DNA of 61,605 nucleotides from Perkinsus olseni (Eukaryota): NCBI GenBank assembly GCA_013115125.1, contig JABANN010000148.1, positions 1 to 61,605 of the forward strand, read 5' to 3'. Shown piece by piece: positions 23,086 to 35,328 of this stretch (position 1 is its first letter; each line of letters starts with the position of its first letter). The notes under the pieces were generated by a model. It saw only the letters and a program-made list of their open reading frames with translations, ran no database searches and was not told where the DNA came from. The position numbers and the translations under genes were made by a program.

Positions 23086-25300
23086 GGCTCCTTATTGCTT
23101 CCCCTGACCATTCTTCTCGCGTGTAGTACCCTTGGCTTCAGCCCGGTATGTCGGCATCCTCCCCAACTGTCACCAATCGGTCGCGGGCATCTCCATCAAG
23201 CTCCCCTAAGAGCGGAGGCCAGCAGAAGAAGAATCTCAAGCGGAAGCGTCCGGAGAGCTCGTCGACATATGACAACCCCAAGCCCATCTCATGGCAACAG
23301 TTTTCCGTTGCGTAAGTCCAGTCTTCTCTTCTTCACCGTATCGAGCATCATTTTCCTCTCTCGTTCATCGCTGACGGCGGTATCACCGTTTTCTGAACAG
23401 CAGGGCGTCATTGGGATTATATCCTTGTTTTCCTCAGTTACGCGACCATGTGGGGCAAAATAGCTAATTTCACGGAGTCCCTCGCCGAGCAGTCGCACAA
23501 GAGCCTCGATCTACCGTACGCGGTAGCTCTCCCCGAAGCGTTCCTCAAAGATTCACGACCATTTCCACAGTACGTGTCTTTGAGGAAAGTCCCCTTCTTG
23601 CAGGTATCAAGATCTAAAATCTCGCCGTCAAGCGCGAGCTAAGAAGGAGGCCGAAGCGAGGAAGGATTTGGAGACCCAGATTAAACAGGAGCAGAAGAAG
23701 AACGAGAAAATGAAGTAGTAGCTGTTTTCACGCCCGTCATGACCATATCCGTCTAGAGGGGTTCTTTCGGCCAAATTCACCGTTCGCTATGGTTGGTTCA
23801 ACGGAGCGCGCCACGAAATTCCCGGCGGCTTGGCCGTACGACTGTGCCTTCGAGGTGTCTTTGAGAAATCTCATTTTGTCTGGGATGCCTCGATTGTAGC
23901 TACTGACGCTTGAGAGAAAGTTACTTAGCGAAATTCTGGGTTAACTATCGGAAAATAGGTCTGGGGGTGCTGATCCGCCTCGTGGCACGTGCCCGCGTAT
24001 TCGAACTTTCGCTCTACCCGCTCTTTTCGTCCTCGTTCAGCCCAGAGGGAGGCTCCGGCATGGATTAGCATATTTTGTGTTATTTTCAGGCGGTCGATTG
24101 ACGAGAACACGAAGGGCTTGTCGAACTTCATAAAGATGATGAAAAAGAAGGTAAGCTATATTTTAGCTATATTCCCGAAGTTGCAGCTCTGAGGACGGTA
24201 TTACTGCTGTTGAAGGCCAAAGTGTTGGCCAGGCCGTTTTGTTCGGTTTTGCAAGCATCGTCGGAATGATGGCTCTCCGTTTTCCTTTTCTTTTTCGCGC
24301 ACTTCCATGAGACTCTAATGGAGGAGATTAGCTATGGCGTTGGAGGATTTGCACGCAGGCACCCGATCAGAAGTACACGAAGAACCAATATGCGTCGATG
24401 TTCAGTAAATTATCGCAGAAGGAGAGGCAGTGCTTCGCTGATGGATCGTACTACTCGGGACGAGGGGCGTTGCCACGCGGCTTCACGATAATTTCTCACT
24501 TTTATGATAATTTTTGTTATCGATCGTCTGAGCGATTCGAGGAATGATAGTTGTATCTGTATCAGGTTGGGCGATTTTCGCGAGCATTGATGAGGTTGTC
24601 TCGCCTGTTAGATACGCCAATAACGGCAATGTTGCGGAGAAAGCTGCAGGACGGCAGAACAAGGCCAACCGAAGTACTGAATGGTGAACTCGGCTGGTTC
24701 TTTATTGGCGAGCTCTCGTTTTCACGCGCCACTAAATTAATTGAACTCGATGGAACTTGGAGACCCGTGACGCGCTCGCCCTAGACCATTTGCTTTGTTG
24801 TCCATTGTTCGTTTTGGTTGACCTTTTTCTTTTCAGCACCGAAGAAGGCTAAGAAGGCTGGCGAGTTCGATAACTTCATCAATGACGAGGCATCGTCTTC
24901 GTCAGAGTCATCGGCCGAGGAGGACAACGGCCACGAGAGCGACTCCAGTAGCGGTTCTTCTAGCAGCGGCGAAGGGTAGTCGGTGCTTCAGATGTCCACA
25001 TCTCGCGTGCTCTCGAATAGCTACAGCTGTACGTTGATCAAACGCCACCGGTTATGGTATGCTGTGCTCAGGAGCTCTAGCAGTGGGTCCAGCTCTGGTG
25101 GCTCTGATCGGGAATCGGGGAGCGGCAGCTCCTCGGATGAGGGGGATCCGATGGGGAAGGTACCGCTACGGTGCGATGCTACTGGGCTCGATATTGAACT
25201 GTTTCAGATTACTAGGCGACGGTACTCGAAGGGGGAGTCCCCGAGGAAACAGCTGGAGAGGGATGCCCAACCCATCATCAAGAAGTTTACTTGGACTTAG
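23086..25300 (+). CDS. Basic, Lys-rich probable nuclear protein with HMG-box-like segments and acidic/Ser-rich tail, multi-exon
   Basis: KKNLKRKRPE..NPKPISWQQF; YQDLKSRRQARAKKEAEARK; YTKNQYASMFSKLSQKERQCF; SSSSESSAEEDN. Start not resolved. Confidence 0.4.
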
Positions 25301-25438
25301 TAACCGTATCATACTCTTTGTTATTAGCTTCTATAACATTTTATCGACGTAGACTGACTGTTGTGTGATGATAATAATGTTGCTGGGGGAGCTATCGCCT
25401 AGTAGTGGTTTGTGTCCGGAGGAGCTGCTATCACTAGA

Positions 25439-25541
25439 ATGGCCACCACGACTAGCCGTCAGAAGCAAGGAGCAGCAACAACAGGAGGGATTAATAACAC
25501 CCTTTACGTCAATAACCTCAACGACAAGATAAAGTTGGATG

Positions 25542-25601
<60 letters not shown>

Positions 25602-26160
25602 CTGCACCGGTGAAGCCTCCATGGCTTAGTCGCCCGCTCAGATCTGAAGCCCTTGTTGTTTGAGCTCTTCGCCAGCTTTGGACCGGTCCTGGCCGTATAT
25701 GCGGGGAAGGGCCAATCCAGAAGGGGTCAAGCATTCGTAATAACACGGGCTTATTTGAGATCTTCCAGCTCTAAGGTTAGCGTTGATCAGATTGCCTTCC
25801 GGGAGGCATCGAACGCCGCTCTGGCGATGAAGACACTTAACGGCTTTCCCTTCCTCGACAAGCCTTTGGTAGGGCGCCACTGTGTGCCCGAAGACGGCAT
25901 TGCTGTCATCTCAGAGAATCGCCTTTGCTCGGACGAAGTCGGATGTAGTGGCTAGGGCCGATGGTACATTCAAACCCAGACGGAGAGGGGCCAAGAATGG
26001 ACAGGTAGGGCTTCACGTCATCACTGTTTTACTTTGGGGTTGATCGCTTTTTCTGCTGTGGTGGTAGGCACCGAAGCCCAAGCGACGAGTAACGGTGAAC
26101 GTCCCGAAGGCAGCTGAAGGAGAGGAAGCAGAAGAGGTTGAAATGTCCGATGCCGACTGA
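25439..26160 (+). CDS. U1A/U2B''-family snRNP protein with a single RRM, 5 exons
   Basis: NNTLYVNNLNDKIKLD|DLKPLLFELFASFG..RRGQAF|IAF..ALAMKTLNGFPFLDKPL|RIAFARTKSDVVARADGTF. Stop at 26160; no second RRM. Confidence 0.9.
25542..25601 (+). repeat. (GTA)20 microsatellite beginning at an intron donor
   Basis: Perfect trinucleotide run of 60 nt. Confidence 0.97.
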
Positions 26161-26737
26161 AACTGATCGTTAATTACAGCGGAGCGATGCACAGTAGTAT
26201 CTTTTCCATCGCAGGACGTGAAAGGTCTCTCCCATTGCTGTTTATTGCGTTGGTGCTCGTTTCTACGGTCGCGGCCCTCTCTTGTAGCTTGCCAGATCAC
26301 CTCCACCTTTCCTTCCATACACGATGTACTCTTCTTGCCCGGCGATGAGAAGGACCGCCACTCTGTCATCGTGTACCTTTCGAGACTGGGGTTGTGGCAA
26401 CTGCCGCGCTCGACCATCTCCCCGGTAGTTGAATTGATTGTACGTATACGGATCCTGCGGGAGACAGCTTGGCGAATCCTTGAATACTGGCGTGGATGCA
26501 TGGTACTCGAGTACTGAGAACTGGGTGCTTGTACTGAAAACCGGAAGGTCTGGTGAGAGTTTGCTCCTCGGACTTTCGTCAGATCCTTCAGAGTGGCGGT
26601 TCAGCGTACCGTACTTGTAGACGTGGAAGTGTGCATGAGCCATGATCGATGGTTCCAATTAAATGAGCATAGGACTCTCCGCTATTCATGCCGTTCAAGT
26701 TTGCAAAGCCGGCAGTTTCTACTTCTGGTTCCTGCTC

Positions 26738-27452
26738 ATGCCGCCTATCAAATTCCGTCCGCCTAAGCCAGTGCAGTTCCGAGTGCCAAGAGTGGGTCCC
26801 GTTTGACTCCCAGGCAATTTCGTGGCGCAGCGGTCGTGATTAGGCGGCCATTCCCGAGCTAGAACAGAAGCCCATAATACATATGGGGAAGACATTGATA
26901 GCTCAAGAGGCAAAAAGGATCAAGGCTGAGCACTTGGAGGAGGCTCGGAAGATACTCCGACGGAAGCTTGGCAAGTATGGTGGCTGCTCGGGGTCGCGGC
27001 GGGGCAGTTCCATCTTGGTAGGGGTAAGGAGTTCAACATGCTGGTCCATGCTACCTACCCTGTAACAAACAGAGTTGAAGGCACCAAGAGAGGGAAGGGG
27101 AAGGGAGAGATAGCTTACCACGTGGCCAGAGTACCAGTGGGCGGTGCTCTGTTCCAGGTAGAAGGCTTGCTGTAGGAGCTAGTGGGCGTCTAGCGTGGTA
27201 GATACCGGGAGTGCCTGGGCTACCGGGGTTAGCTCCCGACTACAAAGGCTTCTCTGGCATACAGGGCAGATTCCCTATAAACTGCCAATATCGGAATCAA
27301 AGTGAGTCCGACGTATATTTAAGGACACCGAGGCCGGCCTCTCAGCGAACAACTTCAAGATGGACAGAGTATGCGCGGAGGTGCCAGCAAGGGTCCAAGT
27401 GGCGAAATGGCGGCGGCAAGGTTTGATAGGGGCAGACCCGACTCCCGCCTGA
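26738..27452 (+). CDS. MRPL16: Mitochondrial ribosomal protein L16 (uL16m), multi-exon
   Basis: YGKTLIAQEAKRIKAEHLEEARKILRRKL; YPVTNRVEGTKRGKGKGEIAYHVARVPVGGALFQ matches the uL16 RMGKGKG..WVA.V..G.ILFE pattern. Alternative in-frame ATG at 26663. Confidence 0.8.
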
Positions 27453-27468
27453 GCACGGGCTGAGGGCC

Positions 27469-29668
27469 ATGAAAAGTTTCTGTGAGTACCTGGCTCCGAG
27501 TTGGGATGGATTTAGTATGGGGGCGAGCCAGCATTGTTGTTGTTGATGATCCTCTCCCCTAGTGTGCCCTCCATCCGTCCCGACTCAGTGAAGTCGTTCA
27601 AGGCGGAGTCGGTGTGCAGTGGCGGTGGTGTACCGGCTCACATTGGCCCGATAGAGGATGCCACTCACAACATGGACGGCAACGAGCTGCTGCAGATGAA
27701 CTTGAGGAGGATGTTCGAGGACCGCATCCTCACTGACTTCACTATAGTCTGTAGGAAACGGCAGCCCAGCTGGCCCGACCGAGAGGAGCTCCTTAGGTAC
27801 ATGCTCTGAGCCTGGCGGCAGTGGCGAGATCAAGGCCCACTCAGTGATTCTGGCTGCTCACAGTGGGTCCTTGTCTCCGAGTGCAATTGCCTATAAAACA
27901 CGGTCCACTAGGTGGAGTACTACGCCAGCAGCTATGCCAGCCTAGAGCCACCAACAAGCTGGAGATTCATCAGAAGTAGTACAGGAGGCCGGCAGCGGAG
28001 CGTTTGCCGCCTTCGACTGTGTAGATTGAGCGTAATGAGGGCCCTGGTGCGGTTCATGTATTTCGGCGGCCTTGCACCTGATGATGACCCTACCTCATTG
28101 TCCGCAGCCGACATGCTGAGTGTACTGGCGGAGGCCCGCAATCTAGGCATCGAAGCTCTGACCGAGGATATGGTAGCTCAGGTTATCCTCCCCAAGCTAG
28201 ACCCGCACAAGTAGGTCCCTTCGCTTATATTCCTGTATGCCGCCTTCCAGTTGTCTATCCATCCTGCTGCATCCATCCCTGTCCTCTCACTCCACCATCT
28301 CTCGGGAAGTATCGGCCTACGTTGGTCAGCAGTTGCCGCGTCTGCTGCATACGGACGCCCTAAGGAAGCAGCTTTTGGATGGCCACCTCTCCCAGTTTGC
28401 CATGGCGCATGTCCTGGGCCCAGCCTCGCAGGCCATTGCCACCGACCTCGATTGCGAGAGTCTGTGGCAGATGTGGCAGGTGGAAGACACCGCAGCTGCC
28501 CCTTGCAGGTGTCGTCCGATTCGTCACCGAGTGGGCTGGTCTGGACTCGATCTGTGACCTCTTGCGGCAGTGCAAGAGTTGGCAGGAGTGGCGGCAAGCG
28601 GCGGCAGCTCGTGGCGGGAAGTTTGCTGAGATCGATGTAGCTGTCTGTGTGGGGCCTTGTTATCTGAGTCAACCATTTTGTGCATCCAGACTCTGCCGGG
28701 GTACGCTCCTGCTGATTCGACTGCCTCGGCGCATGAATGGTACATCCCCAGTCTGAGAGCCCTCCTGCCGGACACCCCTGGGGGCAGTGCTGAGTCGGGT
28801 GATGCTGTTAGGGTTATCAAGGGTAGTAGGAACAGTCGGCCACTCGACGGCGGTTTCAGATTTATCTGTCTTGCATTTCCTGCACTTAGGTCAATTCTTC
28901 TCATGGGTGGTACGCCTTGACAGGGCCGATGAGGGCCGTATCAGGATCGTGTACGAGTCGGCGGATCTACGCCTACCTGTCAAGAGCTCATTCGCTGAGA
29001 GGCTCTGTGTTAAGCGATTCCCAGCTGCTCAGTTTCAATGGGAGGTTGGGTTGAGATCCCTGGTTCGATCCCGGCAGCAGACGTTTCATTCAGGTCAGCG
29101 CGGTATCAGTCCCGTCCGGTGCTGCTCCTGGGAGATCAAGGCCGCCTCACCATCAATGGCAGACTGTCATGAACAGCGACAGACCACCGGTGTTCATATG
29201 CTTCCCTTCCGGCGTTAACCTGCATTGGAGTACCGCAGGCTCGCCCCAGACTAAAACCGTTTCATTTCCCACTCAGGCACTACGATACCGATCGGGGTTC
29301 CGCCGGGGGAGGATGTCGCCCTGTCGGTGAGGGCCAACCTGGTGGAGATCCCCTTGGTGTCTTTAATACTGTAGGCCACCTTTGAAGCTCCTGCTCACCA
29401 CCGCGTCAAACAGATACTACTTCTCGGCTGATCTCAACACCACCGTGCGTTCAGAAGATATCCTTAATCGCCTCCCGCACATGGAATTCAGGTCGAGCAT
29501 ATCCTTTGCAGTGCGTGATCCAGCTCTACTGTGCTCAGATGTGTGAGCTCCTTCTCGCTATTCCAACAGCAGCTGGTAGCAGGCGGCGGTGCTGCCGCTG
29601 GTGGTGGCCCCTCGCTCGGTGGTACCACGAATCTGAGCAACCTGTCGGCGATGAAGTCACACGAGTAG
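27469..29668 (+). CDS. BTB/POZ (BTB-BACK-like) domain protein, multi-exon
   Basis: LRRMFEDRILTDFTIVC..EIKAHSVILAAH; VMRALVRFMYFG; following helical BACK-like segment. Confidence 0.8.
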
Positions 29669-29867
29669 CGCCATCCGTGCTCCTGGTGCTGCGGGTGTTT
29701 AATTCAATAGTCACCACCATCATAGCATCGGCATCGTCATCATGAGTTTCACACTCCTCGGTGGAGTTGATTTCGGTCAATAGTGGTCACTCAGGCCCTA
29801 ATCGCCTCCCTTGCAGCCATTACTTGTATTTTTCCCGCGACTCTTCCCCGATTAACACCTCACCCGG

Positions 29868-31770
29868 CATGACCGACTGGGTGGGCTCCTTTCGCGCTGT
29901 CGTCGTCAGTCTATCTCCGTTCCCTTCTTCAGTTACGTATACGGTCAGCCGCACTCTTCCTAGCTGTGATGATGGTCTCGGCCAGTGTAGACCGAGATTG
30001 CGAAAGAGATGGTATGGACTGTGTCTCCTCTCTTACGGATACAGTCTCGGTGAGGCCTTGATCGGCATGCCGCGCCCTCGAGGTAGCCACCGCCTTTCAG
30101 GCCCAGTTCACTCGAGCGAAGGTGGATTTAGCCCCGACCAGGGCACAGGACGTGGACTTAGGTGAGAGGCCCATGGAATTTGGTTTTTCTGCCACTGTGC
30201 CCCCTTCCCAGACCAAGCCAAGAAGCCGGGCTTCTTCTCGAAGGACATGAAAGAGAGTAAGTAGTCGCTGCGCCGCAGTGGTGGAATCTTTCGATCTGTT
30301 CAGTGCTAAAGCGACGAGATCGGTCCCAGACGCAGTCAGAGTTGGACTCGGAAGGCCAGACGATGTAGCATACCCCAAACGGAGTGTGTTTTGGACTACA
30401 TCTCTTAGATTTGGTATGAACCTTGACACGTGTGTGGACACGCTCGAGGGCGCAGTAGGACGGTACAAAGTAGGGACGGCATCAAGAGCGGCTTCGTCCA
30501 GTACTGCTGCTGTTAGGTGTTCGAGGGGCAGGTGATCAGCGTAGAGAACAATGTAATATCGGACAATTTGCTTCGCTCGAATAATGGAATCTTTGCAGGT
30601 GGTCCAGAGCGAGAGCCGAGTTAGAGCGGTAGTGGACCTCTCGAAAGTGGTGGATAAAGAAGTAGCATGAGTTCAACCAGAATCGACCTCCGGATATCCG
30701 ATGCGTATCTTTGCAGGGTTCGACCTTCCATCTGGAGATTGATAAACTTTTCGACTTGTACAACAATGTGGCCGTGAGGTGCTCCACACTTATTACTTGC
30801 TTGCGCTGTAGTTCACTTTCTTCAGAGCAAATACTCTCGAGAAGTGGATGGCTGATGAGAAGACGGTGAGTCTCTACCAGTGTGTAGCTCTTATTGACTA
30901 TCCTTCCTTCGACCTCAGGTGCGTGATCATCTCAGCTCAGTGTATCGTATATTGCAGGCTAAATCAGTCCAGCAGGAGGTGGGTATTCTCAGTGTCTCAG
31001 TATCGGTAATCGTCAATGGTCATAGGGAGAGCTAGAGGAGATGAGAGTTATACTATCGAATGCTGTGAAGAAGATGCAGGGCATCCACTCTCATGTATCC
31101 AAGGTCCTCACCGCTGGTAAGGCCATATCCGCGAACGTAGTGGTGCTAGAAGGAGGTGTTGTTAGTTGCCAACGCTGAGACTGCTATGTACGAGTGGGCC
31201 TACAACGTCACTGTGAAGGTAAACGCTCAGACGACTAAGATAGTGAATGTAGTATTGATGAGAACTGGTGAAGGTATGGTATGACCGACTGCTCCCCTTT
31301 CAGCTTGCTCAAGGCATGGAGTATCGAATCGCGCAGATCGACAACGCAGAGATCGAGATGGCGAGAATGGCCAACCTCCTTCTCTCGCGTAGGATGGGTG
31401 GCCCGCGCAATAGTATATAGGCTTCGTATCGCTTCAGTGGCACGACACTTCCACGACGGCGACATAACGGACGCTGCTGAGCAGATGGTAGTGCACACCA
31501 GCGAGGAGAAGCTGCGAGCGCACCGAAAGGGCAGCGGATCCATGGCCGGTGGGACGTTGGTACTTGCACTGAGGTGATCGAGGCCTTTCTTCAGATGGTC
31601 CTTCTCTTTCGGACATCGCCACCGCCCTCGGTGGTGGCACGGATATCCTGGCCGCACCGTCGCGGAAATCGTGATGATATCACGCATTCCTTCACATGCG
31701 TTCGTCGTTGTGGCTCGTCCGAGATTTTGTTTGAGTGCCTCAATGGGATGTCCCGGTGCTGTCGATAGGA
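29868..31770 (+). CDS. Hypothetical helical/coiled-coil protein, many short exons
   Basis: Short exons join in frame (e.g. VRDHLSSVYRILQAKSVQQE|GELEEMRVILSNAVKKMQG). Boundary with the downstream SLBP gene is unclear. Confidence 0.35.
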
Positions 31771-31870
31771 GCATCACCTCGGACTGGGAAAGCTCACATG
31801 GATTGTCGTGATGATCGATTCTGGAAGATCCGTAATCGTGGATTCCTGCATGCCTGAGTGTTTGTTCTGC

Positions 31871-33183
31871 ATGACATCCACCGTAGTACCAGACTCGGCT
31901 CCAGCGGAGGGCCGTGGGCGGTCGGATTCTATCGTCACTTCTGGCATCTGCTGGGCTGATTTGGATAGTAGTGATGACAGTAAGTGCCATCATATCCAAA
32001 CCACACTGGCCCCTGGGATTGCTTATCTTCCAGGCATGTCCTTCCCTGGAGCCTCAGCGGTCGCCACGAAGCCGGAAGTGCGCCCAACTGTCTCTCCAAC
32101 AGCATCTCCCTGTAGACAAAATTCAACGGAAGTCAGTGAGCTGAGCAGGAAGCTGTTCAGTAGGATGGGGCTGGGAGCTGTCCTACAAGAAGAGTCGTAG
32201 TCCGGATGTAGGGCTGACCCGAGCTGCAGAAGGCAAAGGTGCCCCATCGCGAGGATTCGGGTTCCTTATGGAGATGTCTCATAATATGCCGCTTGCTGCT
32301 GATGACTCCAAAGATAGCAGCAGGTCTATGTTGATGTCTGGTGAGACCTGTTCAACTGCACTAACGGCAGGGGTGTAGGCTCTTGCAGGGCTCGAGGACA
32401 CCAAGCGGAGTCACAAGCGGTGTCTGAGCAGCAGCGGCGTGGGCATTATAACAGGGGATACATCGACGGCTAGCAAGTTCAGGAGGGTTGCCAACGGGGA
32501 TAGGCTAGCGGTAGGGGATCTCTGCTCTGGTGGGCTGCATCACTTTGTACAGGCTGGGCCGAGTTCATTCCCCGAACCAGGGCGTGACCCTGTATTCGGC
32601 CATGAGAGCTCCGGTGGAGAGAAGAACGTAAGGGGCGAATTCAGTACTTAGGATGCCGAGAGTCATGCTAACACTCAAAGCCTTTTTGGTCAGTCTCGTC
32701 ATCTCGAGCCCAATGGAAGTACGAGAAGGAAGCGTTACAGGGTGGCCCGGAGACGCCAGAGTATCGCCGGCGGGTGAGCTTCTCCTGAATTGGCATGCGG
32801 GGGGCTCACTGCAATTTGGTAGACCTGAACAACGACTCGAAGCAGCGTCCGAGGAGCAGTGGCAGCTGCGGTTTGAGCAGCGTGCCAAGCAAGTGGAGAT
32901 CGGCAAGAAGACTGAGTCTTACGTTGCCTATCGGACCGCTGTATCACTCTCTACTGCAGTTGGGCGATGGTGTAATGCTAACGTGGGCAGGTGAGTCCTT
33001 CCCGACGGAGGCCGTTTGTGGATCCTGTGACGCCGGATCCGACGAGCAAGCTCAGTAAGAGAGCATTCGAGGCCCAGCTAAGACGATGGAGGAAGAGTTT
33101 GCATTCACTGGAAATTCATGCGGAGCAGATGGTGAGTCATCTTGGTTCGCCCCGGGGTTCGCCACTGTGAAGCTCAGGTGTGA
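31871..33183 (+). CDS. SLBP: Histone mRNA stem-loop binding protein homologue, copy 1
   Basis: EEQWQLRFEQRAKQVEIGKKTESYVAY..DPVTPDPTSKLSKRAFEAQLRRWRKSLH matches the SLBP RNA-binding domain (RRQKQI.YGK.T..Y..Y...P.TP.....SRRSWD..IK.W...LH). Start uncertain. Confidence 0.85.
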
Positions 33184-33402
33184 TAGGAGAGCTTCGTTCC
33201 TATCAATTAGAGTCATTAGGGGCATGATGCCATTGCATCGCTCCGCTTAGTTGCGGAAAGTTGATATCATGATTGCCCACGGCTGCAGCACCAAGCCACG
33301 AGGTGCATGCAGGCATTTGCTTCGAAGTGCGGTCGTGTGGTGTTGGGAAGAGCAGCATCTCTCGGGTGTATTCAGATAGTTTAAATCGGTAGAAGTAGTA
33401 GC

Positions 33403-34944
33403 ATGTCATCAGCGCCCTCTTCCTCTACGGCTGTCGGCCCATCCACTTCCGCGCTGCCACCCATTGACGAGAGACCTACGAAGCTGAGTTGGGTGGAAAT
33501 GTCCATGGAAGAGGATTCCTTCGGCAAGGATCCGGAATCACCACAACGTGGTGCCCGGTCAGAGCGGCCAGAGCCAGCCAAACCATCGAAAGTCTGCTGG
33601 GCGGATTTCGGCAGTGATGACAGTAAGTCTTCCATCTATCGGGCTTGTAGAAGCCGCTCTTGTCGGTCAGGTTTCTCAATGCCCGTGCCTCCGATTAATC
33701 GTAGAACCGTTGTGAGAGGTAACACTACCTTCCCGAAGGCGGCCCCCTTGGACGCCCAGGACTCATATCTTGAACCCCCGACTGATGCCAGCAAGTTGGC
33801 TGTTGGAGTAGCAGGTGAGCGGTGCTGGGGCTGCGTTCGTTGGTGGTGAGAATCCGCGGGTATCAGGCTTGACGACTGCTCCTGAAGAGAGTCGGCCGGC
33901 TGGGTTTGGATTTCTTATGAACAACACTCGAATTGTGATTCCTGAGGATTCCAAAGGAAGCGTGACGGGTGGGGAGCTCTTCAGCAACCTGCCAGGTGAG
34001 TGTCCATCTCGAATTGGAAGCCCCGCGCTGTTAAAATGGTTCATCAACTTGTAGGACAGCTGGAGGACAGCAAACGGCCGGCAGCGAAACGGCTATCCTC
34101 GGCGTCTGCTAATGGGGATCTCGAGACAGCTAGCAAGTTTCGAAGGTTGAATAGTGGATTCAGAGTGAGTCTACTTACTGTTCGTGCCGCTGCTGCACGA
34201 CCCATCGAAAGGCTGACGTGGCGACTGTTGCAGTGCTGACCTCAGGATATGGCTAAAGGCCCGTCCTTCTTCCCTGACCCTAACGCTGATGTCAAGCTTG
34301 ACCCGATATTTGGTGGTGATCATCCTGTGCGGGCTGAAGAGGCTGCAACCGAAGATGGTGGCAAGGTATCATAAACATTTGATGCCTCTCGTTCTTGAGG
34401 GTCTTCGTGCAGACACCTCGGACGGAACAACGTCGTCGTCGGCCTGTTCTGAGAGCCCGGAGAAGGACCACAGGAGGTGCCGCTGCCAAGACCCCACTGT
34501 GAGCGATACTTGCCGTGGCTGGAGTGCCGTTGGTGATGGTTCCGTATGGCTGCAGGTCGGAGGCCCCTGCTACTGAAGAACAATGGCGTGCCCGGGCCGA
34601 GCAACGAGCCAAGCAGATTGAGATCGGCAAGATGACGGAGAACTACCTAGCTTACAGAACTGCGGTAGGTTCTTTTCCCTGATTGTAAATGAAAGTGTTC
34701 TGGGTGGTCTGTCAGGTTACACCGAGGAAGCGAAATCCTACGGTGGACCCCATAACCCCGGACCCTAACGAGAGGGTCAGCAAGAGGGCGTTCGATGCAG
34801 AGCTTAAGCAGTGGAGGAAAAAGCTGCACAGCGTCGAGGTACCTTAGAATTACCCGTAATTTTCCGACCGGAGACCGATCCGTGTGCCCTCTTAAGATCC
34901 CTCGACAGAGAGAAGACGAGACCGGCGATAAAAGCGAAGATTGA
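33403..34944 (+). CDS. SLBP: Histone mRNA stem-loop binding protein homologue, copy 2
   Basis: EEQWRARAEQRAKQIEIGKMTENYLAY..DPITPDPNERVSKRAFDAELKQWRKKLH. Shares CWAD..SDD, TASKFRR and GPS.FP.P blocks with copy 1. Confidence 0.88.
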
Positions 34945-35328
34945 GTTGAAAACTAGCGTTCTGTTAGTGCACGAGCCGCTGCACCAGCAGCGCTATGGCT
35001 GCCGTTGTCTCAAGCCTCGGTCCATTACGTATGCAATGTATTTGTCTAGTGCATCACACTGTTGCCGAGCTCCATTTTTGAAGTCTCGGGGACTGTGGGC
35101 TATGCCTGGACAGGTATGGAATAATTATTTAATCGTCCTTGCATGGAGAGGTTTATGATGTTGGCTGGTAGATGACCGCCGCCTCCGCTGCCACTCGAAG
35201 GCATTGCGTTAATACAGTAGGGGGTGCACAGCGAACGGAGTGAATACGATACGGACCCCGCCATCTAGAAGCGACTCTTCGAGTTGGAAGAACATTTATT
35301 TTTGTAACACGGCGGCCATATGCATGGT

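Noticed and set aside
26013-26658. Overlapping ORFs on both strands between the U1A/U2B'' and uL16m genes
   Set aside because: No recognisable domain and the strand could not be decided; a small gene may exist but I cannot support a call.
29057-29073. CCCTGGTTCGATCCCGG, tRNA T-arm-like
   Set aside because: No D-arm, anticodon arm or acceptor stem could be built; it sits in a short BTB-gene intron.
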